Source of the DNA: Lytechinus pictus
Taxonomy: Eukaryota
Assembly: GCF_037042905.1 (NCBI RefSeq)
Contig: NC_087252.1
Location: forward strand, 3,226,001-3,290,000
DNA: 64,000 bases
Direction of reading: 5' to 3'
Part shown: in pieces, positions 51,293 through 64,000 of the stretch
Layout: each line of letters begins with the position of its first letter
How positions within the stretch are numbered: the stretch's first letter is position 1
Notes under the pieces: model-generated
What the model was told of the DNA's origin: nothing
Seen by the model: the letters and a program-made list of their open reading frames with translations, nothing else
The model's database searches: none
Made by a program: the position numbers and the translations under genes

Positions 51293-52532
51293 GATAACTA
51301 ATACAGATTTGTGTTCACTCTACGAGAATGTAAGTATTCTGTAACAGAACGCTAGAAAAATATTACGAGTGGCAATGTTTTAAGTTTGCACATTTTGCCC
51401 CTATACTTTTCAAAACACAAATGACAGTCTAACTGTTAAAATTCCATGATGTTGGCGCTCTTTGAATGGGACATGTATTAAAAATTGCGCCCATATAATT
51501 TTTTAACACGTAAAAGCTCGGCATAGAAAGGCTAGCCAAAACATGGCATACCTCTAAATGCAAAATGTTCTGGATATCAGTTTCTATATCGTTTTGCGTT
51601 GAGGGTCACAACAATTGTGAAAGAAAATGGACCACTGAAAAAAGGAGATGGGTATATTCCAATTAATTTGTCATTATTGTCCTTATTATTATTTGTCGGA
51701 TATATTATTTTTTGAGAAATTCAATTTTATCCAATTTTCATTGAGCATGATGAATATCCGACATATTCGACCTTTTTACCTGCCAATTCTACAGCAAAAT
51801 CAGAAAGTTATTTCTTTAAATGTCGGATTTTTTTTGTATAGCTTTCTCACGTTTTTCTCCTAAGAGAACCTTGAACAGTTCGTAATATCTTATCAACAAA
51901 TGTCAGGGGAAGCCTCTTTAATCGAAGGGGACATTGATAGACGGTAAATAAGAAGACAGCGAATATATAACTGAATATTTAATCTGTTAATTTGCACCTA
52001 TAAGTATCATTGAATGAATACTATTGCATGGGGGGGGGCAATTTCTGGAGTCACTTACATGTAGTTGGCGCGCAAACCCTCTAAAAAGCCAGGTATATTG
52101 ACCTAATAGCGATATTTTAAATACTTCACAAATAAAGGCAGCGCGAAGCGCGAGCTGATCGTTTTTTTAGTCAGGCCTAAAGACGTTATCAGCAAATGTG
52201 TGTAATCATGATACATACCTGTCTCACTAAACAAACAATGTAAGCGCGGAGCGCGAGGTAAAATTTTTGTGTATATCGACTTCAAACAGCGACGTTTTTA
52301 GGACTAGTTTTCAGGAATCCATTAAGGGTGTACATTTCTCACTTATAAAATATAGCGAACGCGGAGCGCGAGCTGAAATTTCTTTATATTCGGACCTGAA
52401 GAGGGGCATTATAAGGCTTTTTTGTAGGAATTCATTAGGAACATACGTATTTCCATAATCAAGTGATGCGAGCTCGAAGAGCAAGCTAAACATTTTTTAT
52501 ATTGAGACCAGACAAAAAAACTACATTTTAGA

Positions 52533-53690
52533 ATGATGATGATGATGGGTTCTTGTATAGCACCGGTTTCCGCTTTTGCTGGGCGTTAATGGCGCTTGTT
52601 CGAAAAAGGTAATCTTTCATAAATGGCAATGTCTTCAAACATGCCTTAGAATCATAATTCAGTTCAAATACTGTCCTAGTAGTTCTACAATTTAGTTATT
52701 TTGCGATAATGTTGGAGTGCGGAACAGAAAGGTCTTAAGGTAAGACTCAAAAGTTGATTCGGTCTCTGCTCTTATGATAAATTGGGGCAGGCTATTCCAC
52801 AGCTTTTGTCCAGAGATGTAGAAGGCTCGGTCACCCCAGGTTGTGTGGCTGAGATATTCAGTCAGCAATGTTTGATCTGCTGATCTGAGACTGCATGGTG
52901 GTCTATGCTGAGATAAGAGCTCTGATATGTAGGGTAGAGATTTATTGTTAAGCGCTTTAAATACAAGAACCCCAAGTTTGTAGGCGATTATCTGGTTGAC
53001 GGGAAGCCAATATAGGTCACGCAGTATCGGAGTAATGTGGACTCTCTTTCTTTGAAGGGACACAAGATGTGCTGCCATGTTCCGCAGACACTGAAGTCTT
53101 TGCAGTTGATGTTGAGTCAAACCAGTCAAAATCGATTTGAAAATGTCCAGTAGGGTTGTTACAAAGGCATGAGCAAGGAGTTCAGCAACTTTCTTAGCTA
53201 CATGCTTGCTGATCTTTCCAAAATTACGGATAGAGATGCAGACAGCCTTGGAAGTGCATGTGACATGCCGCTGCATTGTAAGTGAGGAATCAAACACCAC
53301 TCCAAGGTTTTGATACGAAGGCTTGATTAAAGAGCTGCGAATTCTTAGATGGTTTATTGCCACTTTGGCTCGCTGTTGACGATATCCCACAAGGAATTCC
53401 GTCTTGTCCTCATTAATCTCTAGATAGTTATTAGACAACCATTCCTGGAGGTCAGCTACACAAGATTGAATGCGCTGACGTCCTAAATTGACCTCAGTGT
53501 GAGATGAGGTGACAGTACAGTAAATCTGTGTATCACCTGCATATCAATGGTACTGGAGTCCATGGCTCTTGATGATGGGAAATATGGGCGAAGTGTACAT
53601 GCAGAACAACTGCTTGCCGATGACAGAGCCTTGAGGAACGCCATACTTCAGTGTTGATGAGTTGGATCTCGCACCGAACTCTTGTTCCTT
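52533..53690 (-). mobile_element. 5'-truncated L2-clade LINE
   Basis: YGVPQGSV, YAGDTQIY, INEDKTEFL, HITPILRDLYWLPV, SLRSADQ, WGDRAF...LWNSLP; (CAT)n tail. Confidence 0.92.
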
Positions 53691-53869
53691 GAAGTTAGCT
53701 GACGTCACTGAGGGTTGGTCTTTTATGGTCAGGGTTTGGAAGTTAAATGGTATTTTTTTTTTGAATTCTTAGATGACATTTGGGGAGTTTGTAAATAAGT
53801 GAAGATGGATGACTGAAAGGATAACAGGAAGTTAAACACATACTACATAACAGTACGTCGGGACAACTT

Positions 53870-55914
53870 ACAATAACAACCAGTGGTCTTGTGTGTCCAA
53901 AAATCCAAAATGACTTCCACAAATGGATTTTAAAATGCCTGTTGATAATTAAAATGGGTATAAATGTAGCTCATTTCATATCCACCTGGGAGATATGAAT
54001 TGGTGTCTAGACCATGGTTTCAATTGTCAAATAATAAATTGGGACAAGTTACAAGGACAGTCAGTGGTCCTGTATGTTAAAAAATCCACATGACTTCCAA
54101 AAATGGAGTCTAATGTTGCTGTTGCTACTTTTAAAACTACCGACATACTTTGTTTGATACCCAGGAATACGATTGTTGTGTCTATACTGGGTCAAATAAT
54201 ACATAGGGATACGTTGCAAGGACAGTCGGTGGTCAAGTATGTCAAAAAAAAAAATCAATGGTGGCTTTAAAAAAATGAGTATAAAATATCCGCTGTAATT
54301 TAGAGATAGACATAGTTCATGTAGTATCCGTAAAGGGCATATGGTTTTAATGTTTAAACCATCATGAATTTAAAAGTTAGAAAAATTAGTTACAAGGACA
54401 GTCAGTGGACCAGTATGTCGAAAAAAATCAAAGATGGCTTCCAAAAAACAGAGTCTTAAATGCCTGTTGTTACTTAAAATTTGACCTAATTCATTACAAA
54501 TTCACCGAGGAGATATCATTTCTGTATCCACGATATCGTTTGATGGTTAAAATAATAAGTTATGACTAGTTACAATGATATGCAGTTGTCCATTTAACCC
54601 CAAAATCAAAATGGCATGTTAAACGACTCCTATCACCCAATAATGGTCAGAGATCATACAATATTAATCTGTGAGAAATAATTTTGGTGTCTGCAATGTG
54701 GTTTGAAGGGTCAAAATAATACATTCGGACAAATAACAAGGATGGTTAGTTTTCAATTTCCCCCCGCCCCCCCCCCCCAAAAAAAAAAAAGCCAAGGTCG
54801 ATTCCAAAATTTCATAAAAATGGGTGCTGTCACCAACTCATGAAACAATAAAACTTATCCCCATGCATTTAAGTGTAGGCACCAATGTTATTTCTCACAG
54901 GTGGATATTGTATAAACTATGTCCACTTTTAAGTAACAACAGTCATTTTAGAACCCATTTCTCGGAAGCCAACTTGGATTTTAAGGCGAAGTGGATTTCT
55001 GCTTATAATTGCAACCAGTCTCAAATATCTTTTTGACCCTTGAATTCCTGGTGTAGACACCAAATTGTTTTCCTCAAGGTGTTCTTTTTTAATGTTCTAA
55101 ATCCAGTTTTACAGCAGTCATTTAAGACCCAACTTTTTAAAAGCCATCTTGGATTTAAAAAAAATATACTGACACCTGACTGTCCTTTCAACACACAAAA
55201 AAAATAATCCTTGATCTTGAACAAACTGTAATGTCGGATTCTTTAAGTAGCAACATCAATTTTAGACTCCATTTTTAAAAGCCATCTTGGGTTGTTTTAG
55301 CATAGGCCTACTGGACCACTGAGTGTCCTTGTACCTTGTCAAAATATATTTGACCCTTGGTCTAGACACCAAATTCATATCTCCCGCAGGAGGATGTGAA
55401 ATGAACAATGTCCATTTAAAGTATCAACAGCCATTTTAAACTCCACTGATTTTTTAAAATCCATCTTGGGGTTTTGGCCACACCAGACGACTGGCTGCCT
55501 TGTAACTTGTAATATTGTATTACACCACCGTTTAAACCATTGAATAAAAGCCAAAGTAAAGCGACTTTAGGAAGTAATAGATGAATTGTGGATTTTTAGC
55601 CTACGGCAGCCATTTTGGGCGCGATCTTGGATTTCCCAGGTACCCTGGGGTGCTTTACTCTAGCCACTATAATTTTTTTTGCCCCCTAAACCATGGAATA
55701 TGAACTGAGAATGGTTTCTAGGGTAGATAATGAGAGAGTAATATCAATTTTCAGTGAATGGCGGCCATCTTGGACGCCATCTTGAAAATAAACTATTTCC
55801 CCGAACGCGGATTTTGGTAGATTTTTAGTATGTTATTCTGAAGTTCAAATTGTACAAAATCCATTGCAATTTGTTCCGAGTAAGGGTATTTTTGGTCGTA
55901 TATTGATCCGTCTA
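53870..55914. mobile_element. Second, left-truncated copy of Academ-like family B
   Basis: Same about 177-bp arrays in both orientations; right terminus ...ATATTGATCCGTCTA. Confidence 0.8.
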
Positions 55915-56075
55915 TACAGACCAAGTAGGTCTTTGCGCTCATCCACTTCTGGCTACCTCCTTATTCGAACAGTTTCAAAAACTGGGGGGGGGGGGGGCCT
56001 TTGTTTTTTAAGTATGCGTGCCCTACTTTGTGGAATCCCTGAAACGTAATATTCATCTTAAAGTTCAAGTATGAC
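55915..56075 (+). mobile_element. Short L2-like ORF2 C-terminal remnant
   Basis: YRPSRSLRSSTSGYLL...YACPTLWN. Confidence 0.55.
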
Positions 56076-56128
56076 TTCCAGCCCCCCCCCCCCATTTTTC
56101 GGGGAAGGGGAAGGGGGGGGGGGGATTC

Positions 56129-59100
56129 CGCATACATTCGTAATTCCGAAGGTTCGTTTATCCGAAAACGAAATAAGGTTCGTAATTCCGAAGGTTCGTT
56201 AGTCCGAAAACGAAATGAGGTTTAATAATTCCGAAGGTTCGTCAGTCCGAAAACGAAATGAGGTTCGTAATTCCGAAAGATCGTCAATCCGAAAACGAAA
56301 TGAGGTTCGTAATTCCGAAGATTCGTTATTCCAAAAACGATATAAGGTTCGTTAATCCGAAAATTAAATGAGGTTCGTATTTCCGAAAATGAAATTAATT
56401 CATTTTGGTAACAAAAACGGTGTTTTCATTACAATATAACACGATATTATGCAATAATAGTAATAACGATCGATGATACATGTGTGTGTTGTGGCCGAAG
56501 CATGTATTGCATTAAAAATAAGTGCCCGGATCAGGTCAGAGCTTATATTTCAAATTTCTGTTCGCGCTTCTTGCTCGCAGTTATTATCTAGTTACACAGG
56601 CATCTCGTTTTGAAGATCACAAACATATTGCCCATCATATTAAATGAAGAAATATAGCTCGTGCTTCGAGCTCGCATTGTTTAAAAAGGGCTTATAATGT
56701 AGTATATATTTACTTTATTTTATAAGAATAAAGCTAATTATTGAATGTTAGGACTACCCTTTCAAAGAAACAAACAACAATCAACTTTGAGCTGCCGATC
56801 GGGGAAAATATGGGTGAAAACAATTTCGCCCCCCCCCCACCTATTGGGGGTACTTGTACCTAAAAAAAAAAAAAAAACAACAGGGAAATGCTATTTTTCC
56901 AAAATGGGAAATTCCCTTTTTTCCAAAAAAAAAATGTGACGTGTTTCGAAATAAAATACTCTTTTTAAAGTATACATTTTACATTAGTTTTCAGGCTGGA
57001 ATATTACAAATTTTCAGTTCGCGCTTCGCACTCTCAATTATTCGATTGGTGAAATATGTATCCCAAAGAGGTCACTACATGCTTTTTTTAACAGGTTCCT
57101 TTTTTGGTCAGTATATTTAAGCTCGTTTTGCGCTCTTGTTAATTCTTTAGTTAGATCCACATCTTTTTAATGACAGCAGAAACCTGCTCGGATTTTTTAA
57201 AATTTATTTCCATTTCTTATTGAAATGCCCTACAGTTTTAGCTTGTGATTCAACACCTCGCAATAATGCCATTGTAAGAATAATTGACCCCCAAAACGAT
57301 TTTTACAACTTCAGCTTTGAATTTTTTTCCAAGCCGCTCGCTCATTATACTCTCTCGCGAAAAATAAAGCCTAAATATACATTTTCCCATAATCGGAAGT
57401 CACTTTATAAAGGCTTTTTTTAACTTAATTACTATAAAACACACAATGACTTCACGCAGATGATAATATCAAGGTGAAAATATCACCAAAGTGCCCATTT
57501 TGACGTATAAGTTTAATTTCTGGCCTTGCCCCCAAACGAATATTCGTTCGGCCGCCCTTGCTTTCCCATCCTCATAATAATTGAACGGCAACAGTGTCCC
57601 CCCCCCCCCCCACACTTGCCTCTACCTCTGCTTTCCCAGTTTTCATTTTTCGGATTAACGAACCTTATTTTGTTTTCCGATTAACGAACCTTCGGAACAA
57701 CAAACCTTATTTCGTTTTCGGATGAACGAACCTTTGGAACAACGAACCTTATTTCGTATTCGGATTAACGAACCTTCGGAACAACGAACCTTATTTCGTT
57801 TTCGGATGAACCAACCTTCTGAACAACGAACCTTATTTCGTTTTCGGATTAACGAACCTTCCGAACAACGATCCTTATTTCGTTTTCGGATGAACCAACC
57901 TTCTGAACAACGAACCTTATTTCGTTTTCGGATTAACGAACCTTCCAAACAACGATCCTTATTTCGTTTTCTGATTAACGAACCTTTGGAACAACGAACC
58001 TTATTTCGTTTTGGGATTATCGAACCTTCGAAACAAGGAACCTTATTTCGTATTCGGATTAACGAACCTTCGGAACAACGAACCTTATTTCGTTTTCGGA
58101 TGAACCAACCTTCTGAACAACGAACCTTATTTCGTTTTCGGATTAACGAACCTTCCGAACAACGATCCTTATTTCGTTTTCGGATTAACGAACCTTTAGA
58201 ACAACGAACCTTATTTCGTTTTGGGATTATCGAACCTTCGACACAAGGAACCTTATTTTGTTTTCGGATTAACGAACCTTCGGAAAAACGAACCTTATTT
58301 CGTTTTCGGATAAATGAACCTTCGGAACAACAAACCTTATTTCGTTTTCGGATTAACGAACCTTCGGAACAACAACCTTATTTCGTTTTCGGATAAACGA
58401 ACCTGCGGAACAACAAACCTTATTTCGTTTTCGGATGAACAGACCTTCGGAACAACGAACCTTATTTCGTTTTCGGATTAACGAACCTTGGAACAACGAA
58501 CTTTATTTCTTTTTTGGATGAACGAACGTTCAGAACAACGAACCTTATTTCGTTTTCGGATTAATGAACCTTCGGAACAACGAACCTTATTTCGTTTTCG
58601 GATTAACGAACCTTCGGAACAACGAACTTTATTTTGTTTTTGGATGAACGAACCTTCGGAACAACAAACCTTATTTCGTTTTTGGATTAACGAACCTTCG
58701 GAACAACAAACCTTATTTTGTTTTCGGATTAACGAACCTTCGGAACAACAAACCTTATTTCGTTTTCGGATTAACAAAACTTTGGAACAAGGAACCTTAT
58801 TTTGTTTTCGGATGAACGAACCTTCGAAACAACGAACCTTATTTCGTTTTCGGATTAACGAACCTTCGGAACAAAGAACCTTATTTCCTTTTTTGGATGA
58901 ACGAACCTTCGGAACAACGAACCTTATTTCGTTTTCGGATTAACGAACCTTCGGAACAACGAACCTTATTTCGTTTTCGGATTAACGAACCTTCGGAACA
59001 ACAACCTTATTTCGTTTTCGGATAAACGAACCTTCGGAACAACAAACCTTATTTCGTTTTCGGATGAACAGACCTTCGGAACAACGAACCTTATTTCGTT

Positions 59101-62100
59101 TTCGGATTAACGAACCTTGGAACAACGAACTTTATTTATTTTTTGGATGAACGAACCTTCAGAACAACGAACCTTATTTCGTTTTCGGATTAATGAACCT
59201 TCGGAACAACGAACCTTATTTCGTTTTCGGATTAACGAACCTTCGGAACAACGAACTTTATTTTGTTTTTGGATGAACGAACCTTCGGAACAACAAACCT
59301 TATTTCGTTTTTGGATTAACGAACCTTCGGAACAACAAACCTTATTTTGTTTTCGGATTAACGAACCTTCGGAACAACAAGCCTTATTTCGTTTTCGGAT
59401 TAACAAAACTTTGGAACAACGAACCTTATTTCGTTTTCGGATGAACGAACCTTCGAAACAACGAACCTTATTTCGTTTTCGGATTAACGAACCTTCGGAA
59501 CAAAGAACCTTATTTCCTTTTTTGGATGAACGAACCTTCGGAACAACGAACCTTATTTCGTTTTCGGATTAACGAACCTTCGGAACAACGAACCTTATTT
59601 CGTTTTCGGATTAACGAACCTTCGGAACAACAAACCTTATTTCGTTTTCGGATTAATGAACCTTCGGAACAACAAACCTTATTTCGTTTTCGCATTAACG
59701 AACCTTCCGAACAACGATCCTTATTTCGTTTTCGGATTAACGAACCTTTGGAACAACGAACCTTTTTTTCGTTTTGGGATTATCGAACCTTCGAAACAAG
59801 GAACCTTATTTTGTTTTCTGATTAACGAACCTTCGGAACAACGAACCTTATTTCGTTTTCGGATTAATGAACCTTCGGAACAACGAACCTTATTTTGTTT
59901 TCGGATTAACGAACCTTCCGAACAACGATCCTGATTTCGTTTTCGGATTAACGAACCTTTGGAACAACGAACCTTATTTCGTTTTGGGATGAACGAACCT
60001 TCAAAACAAAGAACCTTATTTCGTTTTCGGATGAACGAACCTTCGGAACAACAAACCTTATTTCGTTTTTCGGATTAATGAACCTTCGGAACAACGAACC
60101 TTATTTCGTTTTCGCATTAACGAACCTTCCGAACAACGATCCTTATTTAGTTTTCATATTAACGAACCTTTGGAACAACGAACCTTTTTTCGTTTTCGGA
60201 TGAACGAACCTTTGGAACAACGAACCTTATTTCGTATTCGGATTAACGAACCTTCGGAACAACGAACCTTATTTCGTTTTCGGATGAACCAACCTTCTGA
60301 ACAACGAACCTTATTTCGTTTTCGGATTAACGAACCTTCCGAACAACGATCCTTATTTCGTTTTCGGATGAACCAACCTTCTGAACAACGAACCTTATTT
60401 CGTTTTCGGATTAACGAACCTTCCGAACAACGATCCTTATTTCGTTTTCGGATTAACGAACCTTTGGAACAACGAACCTTATTTCGTTTTGGGATTATCG
60501 AACCTTCGAAACAAGGAACCTTATTTCGTATTCGGATTAACGAACCTTCGGAACAACGAACCTTATTTCGTTTTCGGATGAACCAACCTTCTGAACAACG
60601 AACCTTATTTCGTTTTCGGATTAACGAACCTTCTGAACAACGATCCTTATTTCGTTTTTGGATTAACGAACCTTTGGAACAATGAACCTTATTTCGTTTT
60701 GGGATTATCGAACCTTCGACACAAGGAACCTTATTTTGTTTTCGGATTACAAACCTTCGGAAAAACGAACCTTATTTCGTTTTCGGATAAATGAACCTTC
60801 GGAACAACAAACCTTATTTCGTTTTCGGATTAACGAACCTTGGAACAACGAACCTTATTTCGTTTTTGGATGAACGAACCTTCGGAACAACGAACCATAT
60901 TTTGTTTTCGGATTAATGAACCTTCGGAACAACGAACCTTATTTCGTTTTCGGATTAACGAACCTTCGGAACAACGAACTTTATTTTGTTTTTGGATGAA
61001 CGAACCTTCGGAACAACAAACCTTATTTCGTTTTCGGATTAACGAACCTTCGGAACAACGAACCTTATTTTGTTTTCGGATTAACGAACCTTCGGAACAA
61101 CAAACCTTATTTCGTTTTCGGATTAACAAAACTTTGGAACAACGAACCTTATTTCGTTTTCGGATGAACGAACCTTCGAAACAACGAACCTTATTTCGTT
61201 TTAGGATTAACGAACCTTCGGAACAAAGAACCTTATTTCCTTTTTTGGATGAACGAACCTTCGGAACAACGAACCTTATTTCGTTTTCGGATTAACGAAC
61301 CTTCGGAACAACGAACCTTATTTCGTTTTCGGATTAACGAACCTTCGGAACAACAAACCTTATTTCGTTTTCGGATTAATGAACCATCGGAACAACGAAC
61401 CTTATTTCGTTTTCGCATTAACGAACCTTCCGAACAACGATCCTTATTTCGTTTTCGGATTAACGAACCTTTGGAACAACGAACCTTTTTTCGTTTTGGG
61501 ATTATCGAACCTTCGAAACAAGGAACCTTATTTTGTTTTCTGATTAACGAACCTTCGGAACAACGAACCTTATTTCCTTTTCGGATTAATGAACCTTCGG
61601 AACAACGAACCTTATTTCGTTTTCGGATTAACGAACCTTCCGAACAACGATCCTGATTTCGTTTTCGGATTAACGAACCTTTGGAACAACGAACCTTATT
61701 TTGTTTTGGGATGAACGAACCTTCAAAACAAAGAACCTTATTTCGTTTTCGGATGAACGAACCTTCGGAACAACAAACCTTATTTCGTTTTTCGGATTAA
61801 TGAACCTTCGGAACAACGAACCTTATTTCGTTTTCGCATTAACGAACCTTCCGAACAACGATCCTTATTTCGTTTTCGGATTAACGAACCTTTGGAACAA
61901 CGAACCTTTTTTCGTTTTGGGATTATCGAACCTTCGAAACAAGGAACCTTATTTCGTTTTCTGATTAACGAACCTTCGGAACAACGAACCTTATTTCGTT
62001 TTCGGATTAATGAACCTTCGGAACAACGAACCTTATTTCGTTTTCGGATTAACGAACCTTCCGAACAACGATCCTGATTTCGTTTTCGGATTAACGAACC

Positions 62101-63307
62101 TTTGGAACAACGAACATTATTTCGTTTTGGGATGAACGAACCTTCAAAACAAAGAACCTTATTTCGTTTTCGGATGAACGAACCTTCGGAACAACAAACC
62201 TTATTTCGTTTTCGGATTAACGAACCTTTGGAACAACGAACCTTATTTCGTTTTGGGATTATCGAACCTTCGAAACAAGGAACCTTATTTTGTTTTCGGA
62301 TTAACGAACCTTCGGAACAACGAACCTTATTTCGTTTTCGGATTAATGAACCTTCGGAACAACGAACCTTATTTCGTTTTCGAATTAACGAACCTTCCGA
62401 ACAACGATCCTTATTTCGTTTTTGGATTAATGAACCTTCCGGACAACGATCCTTATTTCGTTTTCGGGTTAACGAACCTTTGGAACAACGAACCTTATTT
62501 CGTTTTGGGATCATCGAACCTTCGAAACAAGGAACCTTATTTAGTTTTCGGATTAATGAATCTTCGGAAAAACGAACCTTATTTCGTTTTCGGATGAACG
62601 AACCTTCAAAACAACGAACCTTTTTTAGTTTTAGGATTAATGAACCTTCGGAAAAACGAACCTTATTTCGTTTTCGGATTAACGAACCTTCGGAACACTA
62701 ACCTTATTTCGTTTTTGGATGAACGAACCTTCGGAACAACAAACCTTATTTCGTTTTCGAATTAACGAACTTTCGGAACAACGAACCTTATTTTGTTTTC
62801 GGATTAACAAAACTTTGGAACAACGAACCTTATTTCGTTTTCGGATGAAGGAACCTTAGAAACAACGAACCTTATTTCGTTTTCGGATTAACGAACCTTC
62901 GGAACAACGAACCTTATTTCGTTTTCGGATGAACGAACCTTCGGAACAACGAACCTTATTTCGTTTTCGGATTAATGAACCTTCGGAACAACGAACCTTA
63001 TTTCGTTTTCGGATTAACGGACCTTCGGAACAACAAACCTTATTTCGTTTTCGGATTATCGAACCTTCAAAACAACGAACCTTATTTCGTTTTGGGATTA
63101 TCGAACCTTCGGAACAACAAATCTTATTTTGTTTTCGGATTATTGAACCTTCGGAATAACGAACCATCGAAATAACGCCACAAATGGTCGGATTAACGAA
63201 CCCCTTTTCGTTTTCAGATTAACGAACATCGAGGAATAGGCAATTTACATGTTTCGGAATTACGAATCTTCGGAATAAAGAACCTTCGGAATTACGAAGT
63301 TTAACCG
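56129..63307. mobile_element. TIR element with 42-bp subterminal repeats, right array expanded into a satellite
   Basis: TSD GGGATTC; short inverted array at 56138-56395; the empty site is visible in the paralogous segment near 16410. Confidence 0.85.
57645..63165 (+). repeat. 42-bp satellite, about 130 units, with higher-order structure
   Basis: Unit GAACCTTATTTCGTTTTCGGATTAAC GAACCTTCGGAACAAC (26+16). Confidence 0.97.
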
Positions 63308-63649
63308 GGGATTCATGGTACTGGAATGCATGTTAATGACATTAATTTTCTCACTTAATTGAGTGCTATGCATTCTGATATAACCTGAGAACACTCAAAT
63401 TCATTATCTCAAATTAAGTTTGTGAACTGTTTGTGAAGTATTTATAAGTGTGGTGTGCCATATTTTCTTGGAAATATGAAAACAAATGTGCATGTAAATA
63501 TAAACTAAAATTATTGACCCCCTAAATAGAAAAAAAATAACAGCAACAACAAACACAAAAACAGATAAAATAAGCACTTCATACAGAAAAATACGATTGA
63601 TTACATTTTGTTTGCAGAAGAATGCTTTATAATTGTTCATCATTACACA

Positions 63650-63948
63650 CACTGTTAAAAAACCTGATTTTATAGAAAAAAACTAAATTTTGCAGAAAGC
63701 AATAACAGAATCATTCTGTAAATTCATAAAACGGGAATTTTTCTACAATTTAACAGAACAGGTCTGCTTAAAAAAGGGAAAATGGTGTTTTATTTAAGGA
63801 ACTTTGTAAGGTTCCATACATCTAATACAATTTCCTGTAATTTTACATGATATAATGTAAGATTACGCAATCTGGTAAGATTACAGGTGTTCTCGAGACT
63901 CTGCTGCAGGAACTTATTTGATTTATAAGGATAAATTTTCTAACAGTG
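63650..63948. mobile_element. EnSpm/CACTA-like MITE
   Basis: TIR CACTGTTA/TAACAGTG, 2-bp TSD CA; absent from the paralogous segment near 16770. Confidence 0.8.
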
Positions 63949-64000
63949 CATAATGTTAGCTTCCTATTAATGCTCTTAAATGTGGAGTAGTATCAGTTTT

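Noticed and set aside
57645..63165. CRISPR-like appearance of this array and those at 10844-13450 and 30075-30625
   Set aside because: No unique spacers, no cas genes, eukaryotic context.
57655..63175. Many long repetitive ORFs (EPSEQRTLFRFRIN)n on both strands
   Set aside because: By-product of a 42-bp (multiple of 3) satellite; frequent frameshifts and no gene structure.

Overview
AT-rich animal genomic DNA. The repeat families look echinoderm/sea-urchin-like, which is an inference. Most of the window is transposon-derived. The one host gene I can reconstruct is on the minus strand, has 8 coding exons (51292..22556) and gives a 455-aa type I membrane protein: signal peptide, atypical V-like Ig domain, C2-like Ig domain, two duplicated stalk mini-exons, TM helix, and a tail with YMEM (YxxM) and a C-terminal TYL. 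Left of the gene are a Gypsy gag N-terminus with one in-frame TGA and a decayed Tx1-like LINE. The LINE is interrupted by a rearranged Gmr1-like Gypsy element whose PBS extends into about 42 nt of copied tRNA-Pro. Next come a cloverleaf tRNA-like gene with a UCA (opal) anticodon and Academ-like elements carrying LINE cargo. The intron between the two Ig exons holds a multi-level TE nest with resolvable TSDs and a 2.6-kb tandem duplication. The right end is a 5.5-kb 42-bp satellite grown inside one arm of a DNA transposon. All calls are by eye; no database searches were run.
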